Of a stretch of 64,000 nucleotides of DNA, positions 26,633 to 36,884 are shown one piece after another (the stretch's first letter is position 1; each line of letters opens with the position of its first letter). The notes below the pieces were generated by a model. It was not told the origin of the DNA and did not search any database. It saw only the letters and a program-made list of their open reading frames with translations. The position numbers were made by a program, and so were the translations under genes. The stretch comes from a virus, in the IMG/VR virus record IMGVR_UViG_3300035670_000078, positions 37,256 through 101,255 of that record. The stretch is one strand, 5' to 3'.

Positions 26633-26879
26633 GGTCGCCCTCCCCGTGGACATGCCAGTGCGTGCCCGTCCATATACAAAGCTTTCTCGTTCTAGGGTTG
26701 AACCAAAGCTTTCCCTTTGGAACAGGAAGCTCTATCCACGCACGGCCCTCCCATCGAAAAAGGAGGCCTTGGTCCACCCTAAAACAAACACAGCCCGTAT
26801 TCGGGCTGCGAGGGAAAGCGATGGTTTCGCAATCGGCGACTGCGGTTTTGAACGGGCTGCGCACTATTGGTTGAACCAA
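26619..26879 (-). CDS. small beta-repeat protein
   Basis: GGAGG RBS + TTG; two FxxD/NxxxLxxWxGxxW repeats typical of fibre domains. Confidence 0.6.
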   Translation of the reverse strand: MVQPIVRSPFKTAVADCETIAFPRSPNTGCVCFRVDQGLLFRWEGRAWIELPVPKGKLWFNPRTRKLCIWTGTHWHVHGEGDHADR

Positions 26880-26926
26880 GGGATCCTCCGAAGAGGGTCT
26901 AACCTTTTCGTGGCGCGTTCAGGAAG

Positions 26927-27217
26927 TCAATCCTTCTCAACTTTGCTGTCACCTTTACGGCGGACAAAGCGCTTGGCTACTCCAGAAACCACAGGACCAA
27001 GCTCAACCATACCGAGACCGAGCGCGATGCCGAACGCCCAATAATCAGGCGCTACAAGCTGCTCGACGATAAGTGCGCCAAGCGTGGCCGCGACGATCAG
27101 CACGACAAGACGGCCGATACGCTCTTTGCTACCAGGAATAGCAACAAGCGAGCGCACCGACTGAGCGGCGAGAGCGAGGGCAACGACCACGGCTGCGACG
27201 ATTGCTTCAGTGCTCAT
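26927..27217 (-). CDS. putative holin
   Basis: Three hydrophobic segments and a charged C-terminal tail; upstream of the endolysin. Confidence 0.6.
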   Translation of the reverse strand: MSTEAIVAAVVVALALAAQSVRSLVAIPGSKERIGRLVVLIVAATLGALIVEQLVAPDYWAFGIALGLGMVELGPVVSGVAKRFVRRKGDSKVEKD

Positions 27218-27534
27218 TTGTCTGACCTCATCAACTGAAGCTTGATCACGTCGAGGGAGCCCTCGACCTTCTCAAGCTTGCCAAGGATGACCTGCTGAAA
27301 CTTGATCGTGTCAGCGTTGGACGTTTCGAGTTCTTGAAGGCGCCGGTCGTGCTCAGCCCACTTCGCTTCAAATGTTGCGCGAGCGGCTCCCTCACCGAGG
27401 AGGAAGCCAACACCCGTACCGACACCACCGGAGCCGAGTACGATCGCAATCCATGCGAGGCGCCCCCAGGTCACAAGACGGTTAATACGCTCAACAGCCC
27501 GTGTGGTGGGTCCGGTGGGTTCAGAGTCGGACAT
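27214..27534 (-). CDS. single-TM coiled-coil membrane protein (holin/antiholin-like)
   Basis: TM segment followed by coiled coil; ATGA-coupled to the holin. Confidence 0.6.
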   Translation of the reverse strand: MSDSEPTGPTTRAVERINRLVTWGRLAWIAIVLGSGGVGTGVGFLLGEGAARATFEAKWAEHDRRLQELETSNADTIKFQQVILGKLEKVEGSLDVIKLQLMRSDK

Positions 27535-27567
27535 GTCTTTGTCTCCCGCAAAAATTCAAAGAGCGTG

Positions 27568-27903
27568 TCAGGGCGAAACGAGCCAAGCCTGCCAATCAAG
27601 GTCGCCCTTGGCGTAAACAGGATCAGAGGTCGTGACCTTCAGGGCTTTCCAGCGGCCGCGAATCACCTTCAGGGTGCCGGACGCGAGCGAGCCCGGATAC
27701 GCAATCCAGGTTGACTCGTCGAGGCCGAGGACCTCAACAGTGGCCGAGGCGTTGCACTGGAGGATCAGAACAGGAAATAGCTCCGGCGACCAGCCGAGCG
27801 TTCCATAGGTCAACACAACCGCGCCGCTGACAGGGGAAATAGGCCCTGTCAGCGCGGACTTGTGGTTGTTCAAAGACGGGGGCAGAATCGTGTAGTCGGC
27901 CAT
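27568..27903 (-). CDS. hypothetical virion protein
   Basis: RBS GAGGTG; beta-rich. Confidence 0.6.
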   Translation of the reverse strand: MADYTILPPSLNNHKSALTGPISPVSGAVVLTYGTLGWSPELFPVLILQCNASATVEVLGLDESTWIAYPGSLASGTLKVIRGRWKALKVTTSDPVYAKGDLDWQAWLVSP

Positions 27904-27961
27904 CTTGCACCTCTTAGGTCAGAGGTGCCTTTGTACCGCTAGCTCAGGCAAGCCTCAACGT

Positions 27962-29116
27962 TCAAACAACTGAAGCTCTCAAGAGAACGTGCGATCCGGC
28001 GGGGCACAACTTGTTCAACTGGTCCTCGATCTCGGGCGCCACGTGACCGTCGTACAGATAAATCGGCTGCGCGTCGTCGACGGAAATACTCGTGACCGAG
28101 CGCGTCACCCTGAACGTGGGCGTACCGCTGTCCACATACGCGACAGGGCTGCCTTCCGACGTCGTAGCAATCTTAAACGTCGTCGAAGACAGCGGCAGGC
28201 AGTAGTAGTCCGTGCTCGAGGACAGGCCAGACGGTAGCGCACCACCTGTGTCAGCAGAAAACCGTATACCTGTGTTCTTGTAGTAGTTGTGCGCAATCGA
28301 AGTCGTGAAGACGATCGTGTTGTCGTCCAAGTCTTCGCTCGCGGTCACCTCGTAGGTATTTCCGGCGATCTCGTCTGCGGTATCGGTGTCGATCAAGAAC
28401 CCGGTGTTGGGGAAGTCATCCGTCGTGCAGATCGGCGTGTCGCCTGGACCTTGAGGTCCATCGGCCGTCGGGCACGCCCCTGGGGTGGCGTTGGTATAAT
28501 CGGTCGGGTTGACGATGAACGTCTCAGGCACGTCGGTGACGTAGGAGAGGAACACGAACTCGACCGTGCACTCGACACCACCGGAGTAGGTTCGACCGTT
28601 CCATGTCGGATAGCTCGGTCCCGCCTGCCGCTCGTACACTCGGAACGGGAGCAGGTGAACGTCCTCGCCGACAGGCTCGAGATCGACGTACTCTTCCCAG
28701 CTCGGCTGATCCCAGTAGGCCGACTTGTACGGGGTGAGCCGGAGGTACTTGTCACCGTCCTCGCGATCGATGCTCCAGTACAGCTTCGTACCAATGCGAA
28801 CAAACCTGTAGACGTGAGAGCGGTCCCACCCGTCTTCTCGGTACAGCCGTTTATCGGCGCCGTCCGCATAGTAGATGTCTTTGAAGACCTCGTTGTAGCC
28901 CTGGAAAATACCCTCGACCGCACCGAACAAGGTCGGGAAAAGGTCACGCGGCCCGAGAGCTACGAGCTTGAGCGCCTTGCGCCAGCTATTTTCCGGGATG
29001 GCCTTGGCCCAGGTAAACGAGTAGAGGTTCGCGATCTTATCGAAGGCGGACTTCTCTGCCTTGTGAACCAGCGTATCCCGCCAGCATTCTTCAGTCTGAG
29101 GCCACGAGAAGTGCAT
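27962..29116 (-). CDS. baseplate/tail-associated protein
   Basis: C-terminal LNKLCPAG motif typical of wedge proteins; inserted LPSGLSSSTDYY..TFKIATT module. Confidence 0.6.
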   Translation of the reverse strand: MHFSWPQTEECWRDTLVHKAEKSAFDKIANLYSFTWAKAIPENSWRKALKLVALGPRDLFPTLFGAVEGIFQGYNEVFKDIYYADGADKRLYREDGWDRSHVYRFVRIGTKLYWSIDREDGDKYLRLTPYKSAYWDQPSWEEYVDLEPVGEDVHLLPFRVYERQAGPSYPTWNGRTYSGGVECTVEFVFLSYVTDVPETFIVNPTDYTNATPGACPTADGPQGPGDTPICTTDDFPNTGFLIDTDTADEIAGNTYEVTASEDLDDNTIVFTTSIAHNYYKNTGIRFSADTGGALPSGLSSSTDYYCLPLSSTTFKIATTSEGSPVAYVDSGTPTFRVTRSVTSISVDDAQPIYLYDGHVAPEIEDQLNKLCPAGSHVLLRASVV

Positions 29117-29130
29117 GGTCTACCTCACGC

Positions 29131-29892
29131 TCACGGGAATGACGCCGTGACGATAATCCCTGGGGTGTAATCTGACGGCTCGACGGACTTCGAATCGAAG
29201 GTGACCTTCGAGCCGCTCGGGATGTTGTCGTAGACGTCATCGCCCTCTAGCTCGAGGAGAGCGGTCTGCGTCTTCGATCCGTAGTAGAACTTCCGACCGG
29301 CGACGTAGAAATAGCCGGACCGCTGGAAGCCGAGGGTGCTCTTCACCATCATGTAGGTGCCGAGCGCGGTGTAGTTCTGAGTGAGGTGGGTGACCGGCAC
29401 GCCACCGAGGTACTGAAGCTCCTTTCCGAACATGTAGGTGACGGACTCGAGGAGCTTCATCGGGAACGGCAGCGGGTAGGCGTTGTAGTTGATCCACGAC
29501 GGATTGGTCGGGATCGAGAACGCCACGAGGCCGCTGTTGCCCACCGAATAAAACGCCCGGACGTAATAGGTTCGTCCGGGGCGCAGGAGGTCTGTCGTCA
29601 GCCGAAACTCGGTCGAACTCAACGCCTCAACCGACACCAGCGCGGACACACCGTCGAGGAGAAACTCCCAGCCGGTGACGGTCACGGCCGTACTCAGCTC
29701 GACGTCGACGTGATTGATATCCACCAGCGTCGGCGTGATCGTCGCGAAATTCGGCGTGATCGCGACGAACGGGGCGCCTCTCCAGTCATAGGAGAGGTCC
29801 GAGGTGTCGGTCCCATTACTGACAGGAACCCTGACAAAGGGCGCTCCCCTGTAGTCGTAGTTCAGGGCGACACTGTTGGTGGTGGTCGTCAC
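29131..29892 (-). CDS. tail-associated protein
   Basis: N-terminal duplicated L-x-YD-[YW]-RGAPFV; beta-rich. Confidence 0.6.
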   Translation of the reverse strand: MTTTTNSVALNYDYRGAPFVRVPVSNGTDTSDLSYDWRGAPFVAITPNFATITPTLVDINHVDVELSTAVTVTGWEFLLDGVSALVSVEALSSTEFRLTTDLLRPGRTYYVRAFYSVGNSGLVAFSIPTNPSWINYNAYPLPFPMKLLESVTYMFGKELQYLGGVPVTHLTQNYTALGTYMMVKSTLGFQRSGYFYVAGRKFYYGSKTQTALLELEGDDVYDNIPSGSKVTFDSKSVEPSDYTPGIIVTASFP

Positions 29893-29893
29893 G

Positions 29894-32800
29894 TCACACC
29901 GCCTGGCTGATGGAGATGTCGTCGATATAGACGGTCTGCGGGGCGCTGGTCACGAACCAGACCTTGACACCAAGCTCCACGACACCGCGCGCGGTTGGGG
30001 TGAAAGTGATGGTCACGTTTTCCCAGCTGGTGTCAGCGGCCTTCACGGTCTCGACGTCGAGAGGCACGCCCGCGACTTGGTCACCCTTGCAGATAAATGA
30101 CCCCTCGATGTCGGCAGCATCGCTCTTCTGCATCCACAGCGATGCGGTAACGAGGAGGTTCGCTTCGACCGGCACCTGCGCGACGGGCAGGTAGTACGGC
30201 CAGCCCTCGTCGCGATATGGACCCATCGGCGAGGTGAGGGTGATACCCCACATCAAACCGCTACCACCGGATCGAGTCGTTGCTTGGCTGACAACCTCAA
30301 CACCCTGGTCGAAGAGGTAGTTCTGACCAGTGCCGTCGTGGCTCTTAGAGTCGAACTTGGCAGACTTCAAAGATGGGTACGGGTAGACGTCGTAGGTGCA
30401 GCTGGTGAACGTCAGGCCGCGACCGTAATTGTGACCGCCGAGCATGAAGACTCCTGCGGTGCAGTTGCTGAACGTGCCTGCCTTGATCTCGTTATCGGAC
30501 GACGCGGCCATGTACGCACCATAAGAGCAGTACTGGCAGGCAATATCCTCGATAACGTTGTCGGCCGCGCCTGCAGAAAAGGTCACGCCGTTGACGCAGT
30601 TAGTGAGATTATCGATGTCAGCTGTATTATTGGTGCATCCAGCCATCGACAGGCCAGTGACGCAGTAGTTCGCACGCAAAGACTCAATGGTGTTCAGCTC
30701 GCAGTTATTGAGAACAACACCTTGTGTGAGACAGTGCGTCGCGACCACGTCAGTAATCGTATTTCTAAACGCAGCTGAATCTTCAATTCTCAGCCCGGTG
30801 TCGTAGCGCGAAAACTGAAAACGCTCGACGGTATTGTACGCCTTGGAGGTATAAAACCCTGTACCCGTGCCGGCATGTCCGTCGAAGATGGTCGTGCCGT
30901 TCTGTGTACCGCCTACGGGGTCCCAGCCACCGGAGTATAGGATGTTGTTTCCGTAAGCACCGTTGTCAGTGGCTCGATTAGCGTAGCCGCTGGTCTGAAT
31001 AGAGATGATCGGCTTACGGATGTAGGTTGTCACGTTAGCAGTCGTGCCGATATAGCCGCGTCGCGCTGATCCCTTAGGAACAAAGTTAGACGTCGGAAAA
31101 GACCCGAGCATGACCACACGACCGCTGATCGACTCAATCGAGTAGGCGTACTCGCTACCACCGTGGGCAGCGCTGTTCTTTGTGATCAGCGACTGCAGAT
31201 TCAAACCGCTAGCTGTGCAGGCGATGATGTTGTCTATTTCGATCGTCGCGTTAAGCGCCGTGGCGGTATCCGAGTAGAGCGCGATTGACTGGATGGAAGC
31301 CCCGAAATTACCGCCGCCAACACGAGCTAGGGTAAGCGGATACCACTTCTGAGACGCCGGAAGGGCGGTCAGCTTGATGGTATCGACGACTGTCTGGCCC
31401 GAGCTGTCGGAGCACAGGCAAAGCTTCCACTCGTTCGCTGCTGGCGCGTCGCCGTTTGCGTAAGCCCAGAAAGAGAGCTTGCTGTAGCTGCTGAGGTCGA
31501 GCGTGGATGGGAGAGCGCGGTAACACAGGCGCGCAGGGATTCCGCCAGCCACCAGATTGCTACCGATCTGAAACTCGATGTGCTTGTCACCCTGCGGTGA
31601 TTCCCAGCCAGAGGCGTTGTCTTTCAGAGTGAAGTTACCCGCCGAAACAGCTGCGATATCCAAGGTACAGCCCGTACCAGAGCCGTTCAGCGTAGCGACT
31701 CCAGAGCCCGCCGTGTACCCACCGAGAGCCGACTGGTCTTCGAGGTCAACGGTGAGGACGTCACCGTCATCGACGGTCAGGACGTCGAGCAGGCAGTTGG
31801 TGATACCCGTTCCGCCAGTGGTGCTCAGACCAGAAGCCACCGAGTAGCCAGTACCGCCAGTCAGGACAGTCACAGCGGTCACCGCATTATCGGGCAGCCC
31901 TGAGGTCGCCGTCACTGAGACGGAGGCCGCGTTATCGCCAGCCTGGATAAAGAGGGTGTCACCAATAGTGTACCCCGTGCCGCCATCGTTGATTGCTACG
32001 GTGAGGACAGGGCCGGTGGTCGCAACCGTGAGTACACGAACAGTGGCGTCTGAAGGGCCGTCGTCGATCGTCAGGATGTCGTCGACCTGATAACCTTTAC
32101 CACCCGCCGTAACGGTAATGACGTCAGAAACGTACCCAGTAACCCCCGTCCATGCGACCTCACAGTTATCGACTGTGGCGGTCTGTGCGGCATCGAGGTA
32201 AACGACCTGCGCCGTGATATTCCGAGCAGTCCCGCCGGAACCAGCACCCGCACCATTTCCAGCGCGGTTAGCTCCTGTCTCTGGGTCTACAAGCTCGAAC
32301 GTGTTTGGCGTCTTGTTAGCCACACGCCACACGCCGTTAGCGTTGGTGTTCGTCGCATGGTCATAGATGCGTACATAGTCGCCGTCGATGAAGCCGTGGC
32401 TCGTAGCGGTGACGACGATCGGGGTCGCGTCGGTGCTCGACGTGATGGCCTTCTCGTCTCCAAGAACACCGCCCGTCCACTGAGCGCCGCCGACAGAAGC
32501 AGGGTCACCGCTCTTGGCGTGACGGATGGTGTCGCCGGGCTGGATTCGAGCTGACGTAGCTCCGTACTGCGTCGTCAGCCACGCATCGGCCCACGAGCTT
32601 CCCCCGCGCGGCGTGACGGTGCCGCTGGCGTCACCAGTGGTCTGCCACGTCGCGCCGACGAGGTCAAAGTTGTCGTTGTCGATCTTCGTGATCTTCCAAG
32701 CGTTGTTCAGCCACGAATCGAAGTCGGTGAGATCGACGACCGCTCCGGTGACAAGCCCGTGACTGACTTTCGTGATTCGGGTGATGGTCCCGCTCGGGTT

Positions 32801-32902
32801 GCTGGCCGTGCAGCTGGTCAGAGGCGTGCGGGCCGAATCGCTCCCTGGGGTGCCTGAAACGGAGCCGTCATCGACAAAGAAGATAGCGTTGGAGTAGGCC
32901 AT
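29894..32902 (-). CDS. large tail fibre/spike with parallel beta-helix region
   Basis: GGSSWADAW, FCCH-like repeats (HGL/HGF..G), GGxGY repeats, Cys/Asn-rich beta-helix repeats, C-terminal CBM-like VYIDDI. Confidence 0.75.
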   Translation of the reverse strand: MAYSNAIFFVDDGSVSGTPGSDSARTPLTSCTASNPSGTITRITKVSHGLVTGAVVDLTDFDSWLNNAWKITKIDNDNFDLVGATWQTTGDASGTVTPRGGSSWADAWLTTQYGATSARIQPGDTIRHAKSGDPASVGGAQWTGGVLGDEKAITSSTDATPIVVTATSHGFIDGDYVRIYDHATNTNANGVWRVANKTPNTFELVDPETGANRAGNGAGAGSGGTARNITAQVVYLDAAQTATVDNCEVAWTGVTGYVSDVITVTAGGKGYQVDDILTIDDGPSDATVRVLTVATTGPVLTVAINDGGTGYTIGDTLFIQAGDNAASVSVTATSGLPDNAVTAVTVLTGGTGYSVASGLSTTGGTGITNCLLDVLTVDDGDVLTVDLEDQSALGGYTAGSGVATLNGSGTGCTLDIAAVSAGNFTLKDNASGWESPQGDKHIEFQIGSNLVAGGIPARLCYRALPSTLDLSSYSKLSFWAYANGDAPAANEWKLCLCSDSSGQTVVDTIKLTALPASQKWYPLTLARVGGGNFGASIQSIALYSDTATALNATIEIDNIIACTASGLNLQSLITKNSAAHGGSEYAYSIESISGRVVMLGSFPTSNFVPKGSARRGYIGTTANVTTYIRKPIISIQTSGYANRATDNGAYGNNILYSGGWDPVGGTQNGTTIFDGHAGTGTGFYTSKAYNTVERFQFSRYDTGLRIEDSAAFRNTITDVVATHCLTQGVVLNNCELNTIESLRANYCVTGLSMAGCTNNTADIDNLTNCVNGVTFSAGAADNVIEDIACQYCSYGAYMAASSDNEIKAGTFSNCTAGVFMLGGHNYGRGLTFTSCTYDVYPYPSLKSAKFDSKSHDGTGQNYLFDQGVEVVSQATTRSGGSGLMWGITLTSPMGPYRDEGWPYYLPVAQVPVEANLLVTASLWMQKSDAADIEGSFICKGDQVAGVPLDVETVKAADTSWENVTITFTPTARGVVELGVKVWFVTSAPQTVYIDDISISQAV

Positions 32903-32919
32903 GCTCGGCTCCGAAGCGA

Positions 32920-33546
32920 TTAGTCGCTCTTGTCAGGGTAAGCGTGAACAAACACAGTGTTGGGGAGGCCAGACCGGATACCGCTGACCTCGTTGCTGTC
33001 GGGCACGGGGACAGCGAGGAGCGTCTCGGGGACGTACACAGCGATGTCGAACTTGTCGGACACGCGGATCGTGTACTCGCCGAGTGGTGTCGGCGGCGAG
33101 CCGAAGACGAGGCTCGTGCCGTTCGGCTCGGGCTGGATCTCCGTGCCGCCGTCCTGCACCCCGCCATAGCATCCGGGCTCGAGGATCGGATGCGACTGTC
33201 CGGCAGCGTCGATCAGGTCAACCCGGTATGGGCCGTCGTAGAGGACCTGACCGGCAGAGTGCAGCTCCACCGTGTAGCCGCCCTCCTGAGAAAGCCAGTA
33301 CGGGTCGGGGTTCCGTAGCGGGCTGTACTCAGGGCTGTTGTAGGACCAGTACCCGCCGAAATTGAACGACACGATGAACGTAACGTCAGCGGTGGAAAAT
33401 GGGTCCCCTGAACCGAGCGCGGGGAAATAGTCCCCAGGAAAGTCAGGGTACTCCAGTGGAGCACCAGCCCCAGCACTTCCGTAGGGGCCAGAGAACCCAG
33501 GGTAAGAAGTAGGGTCACCCGCGCCGGTAAAGGGGAAGCTGCTCAT
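32920..33546 (-). CDS. hypothetical virion protein
   Basis: Operon context; Pro/Gly-rich N-terminus, Ig-like C-terminus. Confidence 0.6.
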   Translation of the reverse strand: MSSFPFTGAGDPTSYPGFSGPYGSAGAGAPLEYPDFPGDYFPALGSGDPFSTADVTFIVSFNFGGYWSYNSPEYSPLRNPDPYWLSQEGGYTVELHSAGQVLYDGPYRVDLIDAAGQSHPILEPGCYGGVQDGGTEIQPEPNGTSLVFGSPPTPLGEYTIRVSDKFDIAVYVPETLLAVPVPDSNEVSGIRSGLPNTVFVHAYPDKSD

Positions 33547-35282
33547 GGAAGGGTGTCCGAGTGCCAGAACTCAATGTGAACTGTCTTGAGCGTGACGTCA
33601 CCAGCGCCCGACGCTGTGGTCGCCTTTATAGCGAAGGGAATCGCAGCGGTGTCTGTGACAGACGAGGTGCTCAAGCTGCCCGCGCCGTAGACCCCGTCAC
33701 TGTCGCGTGACTCGCTCCAATAGACCTGGGTGGATGAGCCGGTGCGCTGAAGCACAAAGTCTAGCTTGATCCAGCCATTGTTAGCCGCCGAGGTGCGGGT
33801 CGCGATGGTGACCGGAGTCGAATTAATCGTGACGGTTACCGTCTTAGAGTGGTTGTTGGCCGCCGTCGCGAACAGTGCCCATCCGACAATCTTGTCCCCG
33901 TTCACATGAAGCATGTTGGCAGGGAGATTGATGGGTCCCCAGAGTGTCTGCTCAGACGTACCCGTTGTCGTGGTGTTTGAGTACTGGCTGGCGATGCAAA
34001 CAGGCACACTGTTGTAGTTAGCGCTGCCACCGAGATTGGTCTCAAGACCAGCCATCTGAATAGCGCTACCAGCGGTCAGCGTGATAGCGGTTGCAGCTTG
34101 GATCTGAATGGCGCCGACAGTATTCGTGAGCGTCATCGCGCCGACGACATCACTGGTGACCGAGTTGGTCTTGATGATGTCCGCTTGAAGGTCGTAGCTG
34201 TGCGTACCTTTACCAAGTACGGTGACACCCCCACCGGTCGTGTCCGCTTCGATGATGTCGACATCGAGGTCGGCGGTGTGCGTGCCGCGACCACGCGCGA
34301 TAACTGAAGTGTTGTTAGAGTAAGGCTCAAGGTACGTGGACCTGACCTCGCAGTTGCAGTCGAGGCTGTTGGACCGAACTAGGGTGTCACCCGTGGCATA
34401 AAGCATCAGGTCGTTACTGCCGCCCGCGACTGACCCAGCCTCTACGCGGTTGGTATAGACTCTGTCAGATGAGGTCGCTACGGTGACATCGCCGTCCTTC
34501 ACAAGGACACCTTCAACAGTCACCCCCGAGTTCGTGGTGTACTCGTTGATTGTGTTCATGGCCGTAAGGCCGCTGCATCCAAAGTTACCTATCACAGTGG
34601 TCGGTGACGCATAGACGATGAGGCTCGAGCTACCGCCAGCTGCGGACCCGCCGATAAGGATATTGGTGTAGAGAGCATCGCTGGAGGTGGCGGCCTTTAC
34701 ATCACCGTCCTTCAGCAGCACCCCGTCGACGTACACGCCATTGGCCGAGGTGTACTCCTGAATGGTGTTAGCCTTGATGACACCAGGCGATACCCAGATG
34801 TCATCAAGCTTGCCCTCATGCGCATCGACCGCATCGACGAGAGGCCAGAGGCCATCCTCGAGCCAATCTCGCTCGCCGTAGGCGACCTTCTTCAGACCGG
34901 CGAACTCGGTCAGCACCCGGATCTCGAAAAAGGCCGAGGCGGGCGGCACTGCAAACGAGTAGGGCGAGGACAGGCTCTGGATGGGCACAGGTGCCGAGTG
35001 GCTGCTGTCACTCAGGTCGTTCGTCACGACGAGGAAGACGCGATAGGTACCGGCCCTGTCGAGCGGCCCGAGGGTGGGCGACGCCAGCGTGTCATCGTTG
35101 AACGTCGCAGCCGATCCGGTCGGGGCGCTGAGCAAGTACCACTGATAGGTGGAAATGCTCGAGCCGCTGCCCGGCGTCGAAGACGTGCCGCTCAAGGTTC
35201 GCAACGGCGGGGTGGGCGAGAGGTCCGAGTAATTGATCTCGGACGTGCCCGTGATTGTGATGACGGCGATTGGATCAGCCAT
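33543..35282 (-). CDS. tail fibre protein with PKD-like N-terminus and internal repeats
   Basis: ISTYQWYLLSAPTGS..DRAGTYRVFLVVT; duplicated NTIxEYT..GVxVxGVLxKDGDV..TSSD. Confidence 0.7.
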   Translation of the reverse strand: MADPIAVITITGTSEINYSDLSPTPPLRTLSGTSSTPGSGSSISTYQWYLLSAPTGSAATFNDDTLASPTLGPLDRAGTYRVFLVVTNDLSDSSHSAPVPIQSLSSPYSFAVPPASAFFEIRVLTEFAGLKKVAYGERDWLEDGLWPLVDAVDAHEGKLDDIWVSPGVIKANTIQEYTSANGVYVDGVLLKDGDVKAATSSDALYTNILIGGSAAGGSSSLIVYASPTTVIGNFGCSGLTAMNTINEYTTNSGVTVEGVLVKDGDVTVATSSDRVYTNRVEAGSVAGGSNDLMLYATGDTLVRSNSLDCNCEVRSTYLEPYSNNTSVIARGRGTHTADLDVDIIEADTTGGGVTVLGKGTHSYDLQADIIKTNSVTSDVVGAMTLTNTVGAIQIQAATAITLTAGSAIQMAGLETNLGGSANYNSVPVCIASQYSNTTTTGTSEQTLWGPINLPANMLHVNGDKIVGWALFATAANNHSKTVTVTINSTPVTIATRTSAANNGWIKLDFVLQRTGSSTQVYWSESRDSDGVYGAGSLSTSSVTDTAAIPFAIKATTASGAGDVTLKTVHIEFWHSDTLP

Positions 35283-35312
35283 TGATATTACCCACCCTTC
35301 ACAATGATTTTA

Positions 35313-36599
35313 TTAGGTGCTGAGGTAGTTCCACGGATTGCCCGTCTTGTTGATCAGGCACATTGAGAACTTGCCCTCGATAGCGCTACCAGCCGAATCT
35401 TTGATTCGAATGGTGAGTTGATGCGTGCTTGTCCACTCATAGTGAACAAATCGTATGCTACCCGTACCACCAGTACCCTCAGCACTTAGCAACACAGCGA
35501 CGGTGTTGTAAGAGATGTAGGAGCTGCCGTCAGAATAGAAGTCAAAAACCGTGACCCCTGTGGTACCGTACGTGATCGATATGAGGGGGTCGGCCAAGAG
35601 CGCGGAGGTGTAGGTGTGTTCCTCCGCGTCGGTATCCACCTCGGCCACGAATAGCGTGGCAGTCTTCGGGTATGAAGACTTCAGGGTGTCAGTGTCCTCC
35701 ACGGTCGTGGAGACAATGTTGTTAACATCTGACTCAATCGAGGTGAGTGTGGTCTCAGCTGTAGCCAAGTCAGCATTGAGCTGCTTTATACCACGGGGAA
35801 GCGCGTAGCCTGTCCAGCGATACGCCTGCTCAGAAATTCCTGATGTGATGGATCCCTGCGAATCCAGCGCAAAATCGCTGTCGTAAGCGTGCTGGATGCT
35901 TCCGAGCGCCTCACGAAAAAGGCGAGCGATGCCCACGTAGCCTTCGTCCCAGTCGACACCGAGACCGACGTCACCGCCAAACGCTCTAGCCAGACCCGCG
36001 TTGTCAACGCCGCCGCCAAAACCATCGAAGGCCGAGATCTTATAGATCGAAGGTACCCCGCTGGGGTTGGTGAACTTCACGTAAAGAAAAGGGAACCAAC
36101 CCTCGGAACGGAGCAGTCCATCGTAGGTCAGGGCGGTGCCGAACTCAGCGATCTCACGCGATCGGGTGTTCGCGACGCCGACCTTCTTTTCTTGAGCAAG
36201 CGCGTCGTAATAGGCGCGGTTGTCCTCGTCGTGCTCAAGCTCAGACCGCCTGAAGAAGATGTACCCGTCATCCCCTTCGGCAGTACCGAACGAACTGATG
36301 TCGACGACGTCACCACCAGCCACGTAGGCGGGGTCCCACCGGACCACACCGCCGTCGATCACGACGTTCGAGTCTGTGGCCAAGGCTGCATAACCAAGCC
36401 GGCAGGCGCCGATAGTCACAGTCCCGACCGTGCTATCATAGGTTGCGACGACATCGCTGAGCAGCCCGCCACAGGGGCCGAGCAATGCACCAACCGTCCG
36501 CATGATATTTTCGCCGACGAGGTCGCTGATCGCTTCAAGGTCAGCTTTATCAAGGCGCTGGTTGGTCAGCGGGAAAATGGGCCGGTCACCTGTGGCCAT
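35313..36599 (-). CDS. baseplate/fibre-associated protein
   Basis: Follows baseplate J; N-terminal NQRLDKADL, coiled coil, beta-rich C-terminus. Confidence 0.6.
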   Translation of the reverse strand: MATGDRPIFPLTNQRLDKADLEAISDLVGENIMRTVGALLGPCGGLLSDVVATYDSTVGTVTIGACRLGYAALATDSNVVIDGGVVRWDPAYVAGGDVVDISSFGTAEGDDGYIFFRRSELEHDEDNRAYYDALAQEKKVGVANTRSREIAEFGTALTYDGLLRSEGWFPFLYVKFTNPSGVPSIYKISAFDGFGGGVDNAGLARAFGGDVGLGVDWDEGYVGIARLFREALGSIQHAYDSDFALDSQGSITSGISEQAYRWTGYALPRGIKQLNADLATAETTLTSIESDVNNIVSTTVEDTDTLKSSYPKTATLFVAEVDTDAEEHTYTSALLADPLISITYGTTGVTVFDFYSDGSSYISYNTVAVLLSAEGTGGTGSIRFVHYEWTSTHQLTIRIKDSAGSAIEGKFSMCLINKTGNPWNYLST

Positions 36600-36602
36600 A
36601 GA

Positions 36603-36884
36603 TCACCCCTTCTTGCGCTTCTTCTTACTTACAGGTCTTTCATCTGGCTCTTCTTCTGGTTGAGAGCGCCAGATCTCTTCACTAGGTCTGACGACATCCA
36701 CACAGATCCAAGCTGCTCTGTCAACATCATCCATCAAAGGGTTCTCCGGGAACTTCTCACAGATAGCGGCGCTTGCAATCCCGGAGCTGCTTCTTATCCA
36801 GACGTATGCTTCAGTATCAGTATCAAAATCCTCTTCCGTTGGCCTTCCGTCTTCCCACCGCACGAAGACTCGGATCACGGTCAC
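36603..36884 (-). CDS. hypothetical protein
   Basis: GTGA overlap with baseplate J stop; basic C-terminus. Confidence 0.5.
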   Translation of the reverse strand: MTVIRVFVRWEDGRPTEEDFDTDTEAYVWIRSSSGIASAAICEKFPENPLMDDVDRAAWICVDVVRPSEEIWRSQPEEEPDERPVSKKKRKKG

